From: a virus
Direction: 5' to 3' (one strand)
DNA: 64,000 nucleotides
Virus record (IMG/VR): IMGVR_UViG_3300005264_000005
Location: 1-64,000 of that record
Part shown: one piece after another, positions 20,247 to 31,397 of the stretch
Layout: each line of letters starts with the position of its first letter
Position numbering within the stretch: the stretch's first letter is position 1
Program-made: the position numbers and the translations under genes
Notes under the pieces: generated by a model
What the model saw: the letters and a program-made list of their open reading frames with translations, nothing else
What the model was told of the DNA's origin: nothing
Database searches by the model: none

Positions 20247-21305
20247 TTAAAATAGATAGTTAATATTTCTAGCTGCACCATTTAAATCTAATGCTTCAAG
20301 TAATCGCAGAGCCTCTTCTTTATTGGGCTCAACATTAATGTTGCGATACTCAGCCTTATAGTCTAATGTTGCAATCTTTAAGCTAAGCTCAAGATCTGTT
20401 TTTTTATCTGATTTCATATACTTACAACCAGTACAAGCCTTACTTGGACACTTAACTGGACGCTTACCTTCTTCAGGAGCAGGCTTAGTGCAGTTGACTA
20501 GTTTTTTTTGATATTTAAATGGAGCTTCATCTAGGCTATCAAAGATTTCTATACAAGACTTCTTTGTGTTGCTAATGATCCATTCAGCAGCTTTTGGGCC
20601 TAATCCACTGAGCAAATTAAAGTTATCAGCCGCATCACCACAGATAGCAAGGAATTCATTAAAGCGACCAGGGTCTTTTACTTCTATTCCTTCTTTCTTA
20701 GCTAAATGAGAATGAAAATCTTTAGATGTAAACATCTTCCTCTGTCTATAAATATCTATATTTTTATGACTAAGAACAGGGAATAAGTCTTTATCATCAG
20801 TTGATACAACAACATAATGACCTTCATCAGCAAGCTTAAATGCTATTGCAGCCATAACATCATCTGATTCAGCGTGATCTGAATAATAACAATCAACACC
20901 AGTCATTGGAAGTAAGTTTTCGCCATATCGCATTTGATATGTAATAAACTCAGGAACAGAAGGTCTACCGCCTTTATATGTATCAAGCAGTTTCATTCTA
21001 TCAAGCTGATCTTTTGGAGGATCAAATACTGTAATAACTTCAAATCCCTGCCTAGCTCTTTCAATTATCTGTGCAAAGATTGTATATAAACCACCAATTG
21101 GATGCCCGGATTTAGATTGCATATATGTAAATCCGTCACCTTTACACTTACTGCATGACGGATCAGGCTCTCCATTGTTCTTATCTCGACATGCACACTT
21201 GGACCTATAAGCAAATGATCCATTATACATATAAAAGGAATAATCTATAATCCAGTACTTCTTTTTTTCTTTCTTCTTAGGTGTGCTACTCCATGGTAGA
21301 CTCAT
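20247..21305 (-). CDS. 5'-3' exonuclease / flap endonuclease with zinc-finger insertions
   Basis: IID, VFD, YKGGR, ESDD, DKD, GD.ADN...GLGPK.A motifs. Confidence 0.9.
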   Translation of the reverse strand: MSLPWSSTPKKKEKKKYWIIDYSFYMYNGSFAYRSKCACRDKNNGEPDPSCSKCKGDGFTYMQSKSGHPIGGLYTIFAQIIERARQGFEVITVFDPPKDQLDRMKLLDTYKGGRPSVPEFITYQMRYGENLLPMTGVDCYYSDHAESDDVMAAIAFKLADEGHYVVVSTDDKDLFPVLSHKNIDIYRQRKMFTSKDFHSHLAKKEGIEVKDPGRFNEFLAICGDAADNFNLLSGLGPKAAEWIISNTKKSCIEIFDSLDEAPFKYQKKLVNCTKPAPEEGKRPVKCPSKACTGCKYMKSDKKTDLELSLKIATLDYKAEYRNINVEPNKEEALRLLEALDLNGAARNINYLF

Positions 21306-22176
21306 AGTTAACTCTCAATCCGCTATAAAAAGCATTAGCATTACTAAACTGACAGCAATTGTCTTCAGCTACTAAGCTATTTAAAAAATGATTACCGCAT
21401 ACAGAAAGACTAGTGTTATTCTTAGTTGCTACTTCGACTACCTCAGCAAAAGAGTCTAGAAGTATGTCATTGCTATATGTCCAGTGGTTTACAATAGGTA
21501 TATTAAGCATTGCCCCAAACCTGCGACTAACAGTAAAGCTAATCCAGTCCTTAAACTTACTTGTTGCAAATAGCTGCCTTAAGATAGCTTTGCTTGGCTT
21601 AAACTCACTTATAAGCTGCTCAAGGTCTTTATTGTTTATACCAACTATATATGGATCAAAATACATAGCCACGTCAATAAATTCAGATGCCTTTTCCATT
21701 GTACATATCAAATCAGACGCAGAACTAAAATTAGGAGCCAGCATTTCTCTAACTACATTGCCAGTATTAGTTGATGCAGCCATAAACCGAGCTTGATACT
21801 GTATATTACTTGAATACCTTTTGTCTTTTATTAGCTCCCATATCTCACCTGGCAAAACTGCTTGCGATGATCTAAGAATAACCTGTCCACCATTTTCAAG
21901 TATATGCTTCATTGCATATATTGAATGTTTAGTAGAAGTCTTATTATAGAATGGCTCACAATACCTAGATAGAGTAACAGGCACTTCATAAAGACTAGGA
22001 CTTATCTTTCCTTCTAATTCAAGCATAGAAGCCAACCTCCTCTTTTCAGGAGGCTGACTCTCTATGTCTTTATAACAAAAGAGACACCCAAGGCATTTGC
22101 CATTAGCTATATAGCTGTAGTCTTTCCTGAAGACACATGCGCTATAAGAACTTGTTGTCCCATAGTTTCTAGACAT
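21286..22176 (-). CDS. Radical-SAM-like protein (SPL/DUF1848-like)
   Basis: KCLGCLFCY cluster motif (shortened spacing), S..CEPF, C-terminal CC. Confidence 0.55.
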   Translation of the reverse strand: MSRNYGTTSSYSACVFRKDYSYIANGKCLGCLFCYKDIESQPPEKRRLASMLELEGKISPSLYEVPVTLSRYCEPFYNKTSTKHSIYAMKHILENGGQVILRSSQAVLPGEIWELIKDKRYSSNIQYQARFMAASTNTGNVVREMLAPNFSSASDLICTMEKASEFIDVAMYFDPYIVGINNKDLEQLISEFKPSKAILRQLFATSKFKDWISFTVSRRFGAMLNIPIVNHWTYSNDILLDSFAEVVEVATKNNTSLSVCGNHFLNSLVAEDNCCQFSNANAFYSGLRVNYESTME

Positions 22177-22445
22177 TAATCCCTCAGCATTGCTAAAACG
22201 TCAGATTCATCTAGTGAGAAATATGCTTTATCATCTACCTTCATAGGAAAGGACTTACCTCTCTTAAAGAACACAACATCAAGAGGCTGAACAAAGCTAG
22301 TCTCAGGCCCAACAGAAATAACAACGCCTTTAATAGATGGAGACTCAGTAGAGTCACCAGTTAAGATGATTCCAGAATCTGTTGTCTTGTCTTCTTCTTT
22401 ATATAATTCAATGATTAATTTATTGCCTGCTGATAATAGTTTCAT
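22176..22445 (-). CDS. groES: Co-chaperonin GroES
   Basis: TTDSGIIL mobile loop, G.VISVGP, ESDVLA. Confidence 0.9.
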   Translation of the reverse strand: MKLLSAGNKLIIELYKEEDKTTDSGIILTGDSTESPSIKGVVISVGPETSFVQPLDVVFFKRGKSFPMKVDDKAYFSLDESDVLAMLRD

Positions 22446-22456
22446 TTTATATTTCC

Positions 22457-23530
22457 TTAAACTTCAGATGGAAGAATGCCATCATCGACTAGAATCTCAC
22501 CTTGAGACTCACATACGATAGATGATACATCAATTACTTTTTCATACACATCAACACGTAGCTGACTTAGAAATTCTGGTGAAGACTTTAGTTTTTCAAG
22601 AAGATTATCTACTCCTTGCACTTTTTCTCCGCCATGCTCAATCCATCCGCCGCCACCAACCTTAATAAAGTTGTTAGCAATAGCTAGATCAACAAGATCT
22701 CTAGTCATATCAAATCCACATTCCCCTTGAGGAATCTGTAGCGTAAGCCCCATGCGAGCAGACCTAGTCTTCTCTGCTTTAATTTGAATAGGAGTATAGC
22801 TAAGGTTGCGATTAGACATACGCTTCAAGATGAAAATAGTATCAGCAAAGTGACGAAGAGCCTTGCCTCCATTAAATGTAATGATTTCACCTTTCGACAT
22901 GACACCCATCTTAACACGAGCTTGCTTAATAAAGATAGAGGTAATACCATTCTCAGTCATTCTGCTATAGAGGCTAGGTAAATGCATAGCTAGCGCTCCA
23001 GCTTGCGACCCCATTGTATTGCCATAGGAATTATCATCCTGCTTACGAGGAATCAATCCGTCTAAGGAATCAATAACTAGTGCAGCAATAAAGCCCATAG
23101 ATATTAATTCATCAGCTCTTTCAAATGCATCCTCAAGAACTTTAATTTTATCTTCGATGATAACATAGTCCTGATCAACACCTAAGGCCTTAGCATATTC
23201 AGGATCCCATGAATTTTCTGGATCAAACCATAGAACAAACTTATGTTGTTCGCTAGCTTTAATCTCATTAATTAAAGACTTTAAAATGTGCATAGAAGTT
23301 GTGGATTTACATGCACTAGGATTGCCTGCTAAGATAGTAAGCTTACCTAGTGAGATTCCACCGCCTAGCAAGTAGTCGATAGTTGGTACTCCAGTACGGA
23401 TCTTTTGCACTGATCTTAACTCAGTAATCTCTTGTTCACCTATAAGACAACTGTTTTTGCTTACTTTCTTGATCATCTTGATGATTTGTTCACGAGTAAG
23501 CGAGCTTGTTGCTTCTGGTTTTTTAGCCAT
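22457..23530 (-). CDS. recA: RecA/UvsX recombinase
   Basis: TG..TIDYLLGGG, GNPSACKST, D.EN, VIDS, GGKALRHFA. Confidence 0.92.
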   Translation of the reverse strand: MAKKPEATSSLTREQIIKMIKKVSKNSCLIGEQEITELRSVQKIRTGVPTIDYLLGGGISLGKLTILAGNPSACKSTTSMHILKSLINEIKASEQHKFVLWFDPENSWDPEYAKALGVDQDYVIIEDKIKVLEDAFERADELISMGFIAALVIDSLDGLIPRKQDDNSYGNTMGSQAGALAMHLPSLYSRMTENGITSIFIKQARVKMGVMSKGEIITFNGGKALRHFADTIFILKRMSNRNLSYTPIQIKAEKTRSARMGLTLQIPQGECGFDMTRDLVDLAIANNFIKVGGGGWIEHGGEKVQGVDNLLEKLKSSPEFLSQLRVDVYEKVIDVSSIVCESQGEILVDDGILPSEV

Positions 23531-23536
23531 AAAATT

Positions 23537-24618
23537 TTACCTCTTTAAAATATAAGACAGATGTGAATTAACTGCCACGCCAAGCTCATCGCCCTTTTTA
23601 GGCTTAGAGCTTACAACTTTATCAATATCAATCCAGTTAATGAAATTATCAACCTTCGCCTCTTTTACAAGCAGGTAACTCTCATAGTTTTCAAAGATTT
23701 GATTAGCAATAAAGGTTTTAGATTCCTCTTCTTCCTTCACTGATCCTTTTACAACTACCACTTTCCCTTCTTCAATTAGATCCATAAAGTCTGCATATGA
23801 TCTTGGGAATATAGTACACCTTATTGATTCTTCTGCTGTAGTTAAATCGAATGTAGCCATGTTAGTCTTAGCTCTTGTTTTACGTATATCAATAGAACAG
23901 ATGGCTCCAACAGCAAGAAATCTATTATCATGATATAGATTTGTAATACCTGTAAGACTCATAGCTTTAGATGTATCAAGAGTAGTGTCCTCTAATGGAT
24001 GCTTAGTTATATAAAATCCTAATGTTTCAATCTCATACAGCAAATCATCTGGTACATCTGTTTGGATAATTTTACAGCTATCAACATAGCGAGCAAGATC
24101 TATCTTCTTAACCATGTCAAAGATTGTATTATATTCAGACACAGCTTTTTGTCTATCCATAAATTCTAGCACAGCCCTTACACTATTAAGTGCAGACTCT
24201 TTATTTACGTCAAATGATGAGAACAAGCCAGCCTTAGCATACTGTTCGAGAACTTTCTTATTCAACACATCAAGATTACGCATAACAAAATGACCTAAAC
24301 CTTTATAGCCATTCTTCTTAGGACGTCTTCTTAATATTTTATTTGACACAGTTTTACCAACTCCCTTTACACCAGATACGCCAAAGATAATATTATCACC
24401 ATCAATTGTAAAATCTACAGTTGAGCGATTAATATCAGGAGCAAGGACATTAAATCCTCTTTTCTTAACAGCACTGATGTATCTTCTTACGTCATCTGTA
24501 TTACCAGAATCAATAGTAAGCAAGGTAGTATAAAATTCAAGGGGATAATAATTGGCAAGGAAAGCAGTGCGAGCTGTAATAAAGCTATAGCAAACAGCGT
24601 GCGACCTATTGAAACCAT
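23537..24618 (-). CDS. dnaE: DNA polymerase III alpha part B, exon 5
   Basis: (Y)GFNRSHAVCY..YPLEFY..PDINRS..GVKGVG..ETLGFYITKHPL; C-terminal OB fold. Confidence 0.93.
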
Positions 24619-25024
24619 CGTTTCATACCCTCGGTTTCCCGATATTTATTAGGGGTCTAGACTATACAATAATCTACAGCATTATCTGTTTAGATTTCCC
24701 TTGGTAGTCGTTGAGAGCTTATCCTCATAAAGGATCTATCTCTGCGGATCATCCAATCTGATAGAATTTTTACTATACCGAAACGCATTACCGTTCGCCA
24801 CTTACAAATTACTCTGTAAGCTTAGTATCTATCAGCTCTAAGGACTTTCCCGCATATTCAGGATTGTTCAAAAATAATTTCTTACCTAGGGGGCATGAAA
24901 TAATTTTGAAATACTTGATGTTTTCTTTCAAGAAATACGTCTGATTTACATCAATCATTACGCTATCTCCTAAGACTTAATTGTCTATTTGTTGATAGCA
25001 TAACCTTCAAATTATTAGTAGTTT
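24619..25024 (-). mobile_element. Group I intron 4 of dnaE-B (406 nt, no intact ORF)
   Basis: Junction GGG T|AT GGT restores FCGYGFNRSH; R (CTCAACGACTA) and S (GTATAGTCT) elements. Confidence 0.9.
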
Positions 25025-25145
25025 ACCCGCAAAACCCTTCAATCTGGTTAAATAATTCGCCAAGATCTTTTTCATTATAACCTTTAATTTTTCCACCGCT
25101 AATAAAATCTAGCTTCAACTCTCTCATTACATCTTCTTTTTTCTT
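25025..25145 (-). CDS. dnaE: dnaE part B, exon 4
   Basis: KKKEDVMRELKLDFISGG..LFNQIEGFCG; not in the ORF track. Confidence 0.88.
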
Positions 25146-26414
25146 CAATTTTGTTATCCTAAGGGCTTTTTATCCCCTAGTTCTTATAGTCATTAGCTGC
25201 TATAAGTTCGGCATACATTTTCACCCTGGATTTATATCGGGTGCCGGAAACTCGTGCGAACATTTTTGCTCAGAATTAGTGCTCAGTTCGTATGCTCTAC
25301 AAGGACACTTTCCTTTAGTGCCCTCTCGGTATTGACTAGATAATAATCAAACTTATTTTTCTTTCTGGTTAGAAATATTGAAGCAACACTGTAAATGTAG
25401 TTATAAAATTTTGGAGTTCTATCTTTTGAGTGCAAATAAATCATACTAATGGAACCTTTATTGAATACTGAATTTTTACTAAAGCTTAATTGCTCTGCAA
25501 GATAATCTTGTATTTGATTACAGATTAAATTTGAGCCATAAAACCCCCAGTTAAAGTTTTCATTCTTATCCATGTAAACGGTACCATCTCCATCGAATAT
25601 TCCACGAATTAAATGAGGCATTAAGCTATTTTTTAATTCAGGAAGATAGGTACCAATGTATGTTTTATTATTTACAACTCCATATTTCTTTAAATCATTA
25701 GACATTTTTTGAGATGAAAAAGCAATTACATAACCACACTTAGTTTTTGTAATTGTTCCAGTGAAACCGAGTTGATCAGCTAGGAAATCTATAATATATC
25801 TGTCACATTCCTGCAATTCAAGCCTTATAGAATCACTTCTGCCGTCCCTGTTATTTATGACAGAGCCATCTGCTATTAAAAATCCAAGAAAGTATGCCTT
25901 ATGTTCAGAGTCTATACTCTCAAAATAATTATGATGTTTTATAACAGAGCGTCTTTTTGCATCTCGTCTATTGATATTATTTTTCTTAAGTAGGTGCAAG
26001 ATAGAGTCGCATGACTTAAGCTTAAGTGAGAAATCTTTATATATTTCATCAGCTGTTTCACCTAAGAGATATCTTCCAACAATAACTTCAACATCTTGTC
26101 TAGATATTTCAATTCTTCTTGGACTTTTAAAAATGCCTTCTCTTTTTAAGTATCTCTCAATTCCACTTTGAGATTTACCTACAGCACTACTTATACTTAC
26201 AGTGTTTAATCCTTCTTCAATATACAGCTTTTTTATAAGCTCTTTTTCTGCGTTACTATATTTCATATTAGCTCCAAGATTTTAATGCTATCTTATGATA
26301 ACTACTTGTTAATAACTATTTCTACTATATAGCAAGGCTATTATTATCGTACTACGCTTTCACCGATTTTTCCCAGTTCATATGCAGTATTTATACTGCA
26401 GCGGGCAAGAATTT
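25146..26414 (-). mobile_element. Group I intron 3 of dnaE-B (1269 nt)
   Basis: Junction ATG GGT|AAG AAA restores RRAMGKKK; P1 TGGGT/GCCCG with U.G pair; terminal G. Confidence 0.9.
25283..26266 (-). CDS. Intron-encoded LAGLIDADG endonuclease with N-terminal HTH
   Basis: AYFLGFLIADGS and HLIRGIFDGDG motifs. Confidence 0.92.
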   Translation of the reverse strand: MKYSNAEKELIKKLYIEEGLNTVSISSAVGKSQSGIERYLKREGIFKSPRRIEISRQDVEVIVGRYLLGETADEIYKDFSLKLKSCDSILHLLKKNNINRRDAKRRSVIKHHNYFESIDSEHKAYFLGFLIADGSVINNRDGRSDSIRLELQECDRYIIDFLADQLGFTGTITKTKCGYVIAFSSQKMSNDLKKYGVVNNKTYIGTYLPELKNSLMPHLIRGIFDGDGTVYMDKNENFNWGFYGSNLICNQIQDYLAEQLSFSKNSVFNKGSISMIYLHSKDRTPKFYNYIYSVASIFLTRKKNKFDYYLVNTERALKESVLVEHTN

Positions 26415-26735
26415 ACCCATCGCTCTTCGAGCAAGATCAGAATCTATCTCATTAAATCCACCAATCTCAGCAAAGCACTTAATTACATGCTCTTGATATA
26501 CCATGAGACCGTATGAAGATTTACAAATTTCCCACACCTTATCAATTAACTTTTGATCGCTGAGTTTATATTTATATTTATTAGAATGAAACTTTGCATC
26601 TATGTACTGCTCAAGCATGCCCATTGATAATGGCCCAGGACGTAACAAGGAAGTTAAGTCACTGATTTCATTAATGTTCATAGGTTTAACATTCTTAACA
26701 GCACCTGCAAAGATATCAGACTCAAACTGAAAAAT
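26415..26735 (-). CDS. dnaE: dnaE part B, exon 3
   Basis: IFQFES..SLLRPGP..SYGLMVYQE..RRAMG. Confidence 0.92.
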
Positions 26736-27993
26736 CTTTTTTGTTACTATAATTTTAACTTATTCTTAACGTAGTCTTCATCGACTACATCATCATACTT
26801 AACTCTAATTATTTTTATTCCCATCTTAGACAATAAGCTATTTTTAATTTTATCACGATTTTGCCTATAGATAAAGTTATCATAAGTCTTATGCATAAAT
26901 GGTATGTATTCGTAATGTTGGATGCTATCGTATTCAAGAGCAATGTTATTTAAAGGAAAATATGCATCTACGAATAAGTTATTTGTAGTTTCTGGATTTT
27001 TTAACCCAGGACACGTCCACTCTTGCAGCGGCTTTTCCTTTAAATAATCTGAAAATATCTTTATCACATTGCTTGCTCTCCAGAAATAACAATTTGAATT
27101 TGGATCTACTTCTATGTCAAGTAATTGATATATAGTAGACATGTTTCCAAATCTTTTTATTAATGTAGTTAATGAAACTGAATACTCTTTTTTTATTAAA
27201 GTACAATTTAAAAAATTGAACTTATCATAAAGTAGCTTTAATTCATCTAAGATTTCAATATCAGTTAGATCTTTTGCACGATGTACTCTGCTTGTTTTAA
27301 TGCCAGTTGCTTTTATAAATTTTGAAAATGACTTAAATTCTCTATCTATAGTTTTTTGTGAGTACTTTGAATTTTTACGATGAAGCTCTGAGTTTAAATA
27401 CCCGAACCTCTCAAAGATTACATTCGCTTCTTTAATTAAGTCATTTTTTGTAACATTTAAAGAAGGATTACTTAATGGTATCTCACATTCATTGAGTGTT
27501 TTATTCCATCCACCCATGATTTTATATATCCTTGATCCACTAAAATTACCATTTTTCAAGTAGTATTTATGAGTAAAATTTACATCACAATTAGCATAGC
27601 ATTGTTTTACGTCTTCAATAATTAAATTTTTCATACGATTAGCCTCCTTAGCTTATTTATTAATAACGACAGAGGCTTCAAAGTTAAAACTAAGGCTAGG
27701 TCATTTCTGCCTAGCTCTTACAGATTTCCTGTAAGAACGGACTATATCTTATATCAAATAAGTTTAACTTTGATACTCACATGTTAGTAAGGCTTTATCC
27801 ATATTTATAAACTTAGGATGTACCTTTAGTCTCTGAACCTTCTCCATCCTTTCAGAACAGGAGCTTGGCTGCTGATCGTCACACTAATAATATATTTTCA
27901 AGCATTCACGCTCACCATTTCTAGTCACGTTGTAGTTATATTATCTTACGCGAGTTTCCAGCAATTTATGCGATTTTACACGAGCAATACTTT
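26736..27993 (-). mobile_element. Group I intron 2 of dnaE-B (1258 nt)
   Basis: Junction ACG GGT|ATT TTT CAG restores TGIFQFES; P1 ACGGGT/GCTCGT; R/S elements. Confidence 0.9.
26747..27634 (-). CDS. Intron-encoded endonuclease (N-terminal helical repeats + PD-(D/E)XK/Vsr-like domain)
   Basis: Repeated GGWN/RFG units; LFVDAYFP..IALEYDSIQHY. Confidence 0.8.
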   Translation of the reverse strand: MKNLIIEDVKQCYANCDVNFTHKYYLKNGNFSGSRIYKIMGGWNKTLNECEIPLSNPSLNVTKNDLIKEANVIFERFGYLNSELHRKNSKYSQKTIDREFKSFSKFIKATGIKTSRVHRAKDLTDIEILDELKLLYDKFNFLNCTLIKKEYSVSLTTLIKRFGNMSTIYQLLDIEVDPNSNCYFWRASNVIKIFSDYLKEKPLQEWTCPGLKNPETTNNLFVDAYFPLNNIALEYDSIQHYEYIPFMHKTYDNFIYRQNRDKIKNSLLSKMGIKIIRVKYDDVVDEDYVKNKLKL

Positions 27994-28150
27994 ACCCGTA
28001 TTGTGACCAGCATTGATTACTTTATAGATTCCACGATCATTTACATCAATATTTTCTATATCAATGTCTATATTACGTGTCTTCTTTACAAGATCAACAG
28101 TGCCTTTTATAACGTCGAGAGTCTTTAATCCAAGCAAGTCCATCTTTAAG
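27994..28150 (-). CDS. dnaE: dnaE part B, exon 2
   Basis: LKMDLLGLKTL (third catalytic Asp) ..NAGHNTG; not in the ORF track. Confidence 0.9.
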
Positions 28151-29081
28151 CATTTTTGTTACTTAGTTTTTTTTCTAAAGAATTTTTATCAACAGATTCA
28201 TCATATCTTATTCTTATCATATTAATACCCATAGTATCCATTACCGCATCTTTAAATCTATCTAAAGATTGCTGATACCTAAAGCTACTTATGTCCTTAT
28301 GAAAATGTGGAGTAAATTCATAGTGCTGTACTCCATCATACTCAATAGCAATTTGTGAGTCAGGAAAATAGCCATCTATAAATAAACTCATTCCTGTTTT
28401 AGGATTTTTTAACTGAGGACAAGTCCATTCTTTAATAGGTTTTTCTTTTATGATTTTAGAAATTAAATTTACTACAGCATTTCCTGGGGCTGAGCTAGAA
28501 GGAGGATCAATATCAAGTTCTTGATATATCACATCCATATGACCAACCTTACTATAGACAGTAGGTAATGATATATAAAAATCTGTATCAATTAACGTAC
28601 TGTTTATAAATCCATGCTTATCGTAAAGGGCTTTTAAGCCTTTTATGATCTGCTGCTTAGGCATACCTACTCCAGGGTAGAGAGGAGGAAGCCCTGCGCT
28701 AGCAACAAGATTTGTATATGAACCAAATAACCGATCAACAATAGCCTGAGAGTACTTACCATGTTTTCTATATATCTTAGCATTAATTTCGTTATGACAA
28801 CTCATAACTGAAGCTAAGTCTGCAACTACATCATCACAAGTAGCGTCCATCCTGGAGCAGTTTATATTGAGGTTTAAATCTTTCAATAAAGCATTCCATC
28901 CGCCAAACAATCTCTTAATTGGTGCTCTAGAAAACTTCCCCTTAGATAGATACTCTTCTCTGGTTAATCTATTTCCATTATCCCTATAGACATCTAAGAC
29001 ATCTGATATAATTTCTTCTTTAGAGATACCATATAGCTTCTTACCAGTAACTCTGTTTGCACCTTTTAATTCTTTATTCAT
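28146..29081 (-). CDS. Intron-encoded endonuclease, paralogue of 26747..27634; stop codon lies in the downstream exon
   Basis: FGGWN repeats; LFIDGYFP..IAIEYDGVQHY. Confidence 0.8.
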   Translation of the reverse strand: MNKELKGANRVTGKKLYGISKEEIISDVLDVYRDNGNRLTREEYLSKGKFSRAPIKRLFGGWNALLKDLNLNINCSRMDATCDDVVADLASVMSCHNEINAKIYRKHGKYSQAIVDRLFGSYTNLVASAGLPPLYPGVGMPKQQIIKGLKALYDKHGFINSTLIDTDFYISLPTVYSKVGHMDVIYQELDIDPPSSSAPGNAVVNLISKIIKEKPIKEWTCPQLKNPKTGMSLFIDGYFPDSQIAIEYDGVQHYEFTPHFHKDISSFRYQQSLDRFKDAVMDTMGINMIRIRYDESVDKNSLEKKLSNKNA

Positions 29082-29443
29082 TGCATATCCCTATAAGTTA
29101 GATTTTAATCCCAATGGATTATTTGTTAATAACTTAAGTCCAAGCAATTCCAAACTAAGGCTAGGTCATTTCTGCCTAGCTCTCTAGGTTTTCCCTAGAT
29201 GATCGGACTATATCTTTAGCTAAATTAATAGCTAGTTGGAGCCGCTAGCAATATTACTATTACTAGCTTTAGTCTCTGAACCTTCTCCATATTATATAAT
29301 AACTTAGGAGCTCGGCTGCTGATTTTCCATATATCTAATTAATTTTCAAGCATTCACGCTCACCATTTCTAGTCACGTTGTAGCTTAATTAGCTTTAGGT
29401 TGTTCCAGCAATTTCCCAACTTTTAAGGGAGCCTTAAACGTTA
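28151..29443 (-). mobile_element. Group I intron 1 of dnaE-B (1293 nt)
   Basis: Junction GGG GT|C TTA AAG restores QGVLKMD; P1 GGGGGT/GCTCCC; R/S elements. Confidence 0.9.
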
Positions 29444-31101
29444 ACCCCCTGTTCTTCAACATCATAATACTCATACTGAGTTAAGACTGAAGCACCATCT
29501 TTCTTAGTTGAGATCATAGATGGAACATACTCTGTAGTTGGCTTGTCTGAAATAACAAACGCACAATTATGAACTAGTATGCCATCAATGTAACCATTTC
29601 GACTTTCTTCTTCTTTAGTAATAACTGAAAAGTCATATACCTTATCGGTTCTTTCGTACTTAATGTCTTGATAAAAACAATCTTTAATTTTATCATTCTT
29701 GTAAGGCTGAAGAAAACCTATTAGATATTTATATAGAAAAGAAGATGTGCGCGTTAATTCTAATTGATAAGAATCATTGCATTGATATTCTCCATTTGGA
29801 AACTTACGCTTCACACCTTTTTTAGTTACAATACTACCAGTTATGCCTAAAAGTTCTAATTCTGTTAGAATAAAGCATATTAATTTAAAGGATGATATTT
29901 TTATTCTAATAGAATTCTCTTGTACAGATGCATTGGCTGATAAAAATCCTTTTAACCAAGATAGCTTATTTTGCATATCTTTAAATATAGGAATATCTTT
30001 ATCTACTGTCTTAAATTTAAATCCTGATCCATGTAATAATTCAATGTTATTCGTAGCTTTTTTCGATAAATGAAACATATCACTTCTAGATCTAGGAGTA
30101 ATAATATCAAGATTATCACAAAGAGACTTCATTTCTTTATCTTTTTCTGGAGTAAAGTAAATAAAGGATGATCTATCATCATAATTACCATCATTCCAAA
30201 ACCACCCTGAAACAATAGACATATCATTTAGATTATTAAAATTATAATATCCTAGATTTTTACCTACAGATTCTCCAGCATTACATACTCCTTTGTCATA
30301 AAAAAACTTATGATCTTCAGTAAAGTATAGCTTTCTTTTATTGCCACTATATTTAGAAGTTGAATAACTTATTGAGTATATACGCTTAATGCCAGAGCAA
30401 AAAACTAAAGCTTTTTTTATTCCGACTTTAGTAAGAATTTCAACTTCTGTGCCATCTAAAGAATCAATTCTTTTATAGCCATCAACAGTTAAAAGATTGC
30501 CTTCTCCTGCTGAGCAAGCATGCACACCGAGAGCTTGAGGCAATCCCTCAAACTTAATTGCAATTCTCCAGATCTCCTTGGCATCATCATTCTCTCTGAT
30601 AGCTTCTTGTAGTTGCTTACTTGCATCAAATGCTTCTTGTAATTTAATACCAGGAACATCAGGAATATGCTTAGCAATATCCGCACCAGACTGAATTGCT
30701 TTACCTAGTGCTCTAGCAGCACTTCTTACTGCAGCCTTAGCAGCCAACGTATTAAAGGTTACGACATCAGATACGCGATCTTCACCAAACTTACCTTTCA
30801 GATACTGCTTTACTTCACCTCTAAGCTCCTTAGAGAAATCGATATCAAAGTCAGCATAAGAGCCAGGCGAAGCAACCTTTTGAGCAACAGTAGCTTTGTT
30901 ATCAGAAAGACCTAGTACCCAATGTAAGAGAGAGTTAACGCTTGTATCAACTTCTCCTTTAAGTTTATCTTCTATTTTTTGAAGTACGACATTACGTACT
31001 TCTGAATACAGTCTCTTGTGTTCAAGATCAGTAAGTTCATTAAATCTATCTTTAGATCTAACTAGCTTAGTGAAATCATTATCTATATGCCACTTAACCA
31101 T
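29444..31101 (-). CDS. dnaE: DNA polymerase III alpha part B, exon 1 (catalytic palm, intein-containing)
   Basis: ADFDIDF catalytic motif, YLKGKFG, GLP..LGVHA|intein|CAFVIS, TQY. Confidence 0.93.
29566..30516 (-). mobile_element. Intein in DnaE (317 aa) with LAGLIDADG-like domain
   Basis: GVHA|CSAGEG..FTEDHKF..GWFWNDG..WLKGFLSAN..VYDFSV..GILVHN|CAF. Confidence 0.92.
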
Positions 31102-31103
31102 TA

Positions 31104-31397
31104 TTATTCGCTTTCAGTGTTAAGATTAACTACTCCAAGAACTTGTAACGTGCCAACAGAGCCATTGTTGCATTTGTGAAGACTTGCAGAGTTAAGTGAC
31201 TTTTCTTTCTCAATAATTTCAAGCTCATCTAGTATCAGCCCATTGAGAAATCTAGTTCTTACAACATACTCTCCACAGATATTACACTGAGAGATAATTG
31301 CTCGGCCAGCTTTAATTAATTCTTCTTCATAGTCTTTTAATAGCTCAGCAATTCTCATTCGAATATCATTAAGACATTTTTCAGTTATCTTATCCAT
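31104..31397 (-). CDS. Hypothetical zinc-binding protein
   Basis: CxxC and HxC motifs. Confidence 0.5.
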   Translation of the reverse strand: MDKITEKCLNDIRMRIAELLKDYEEELIKAGRAIISQCNICGEYVVRTRFLNGLILDELEIIEKEKSLNSASLHKCNNGSVGTLQVLGVVNLNTESE

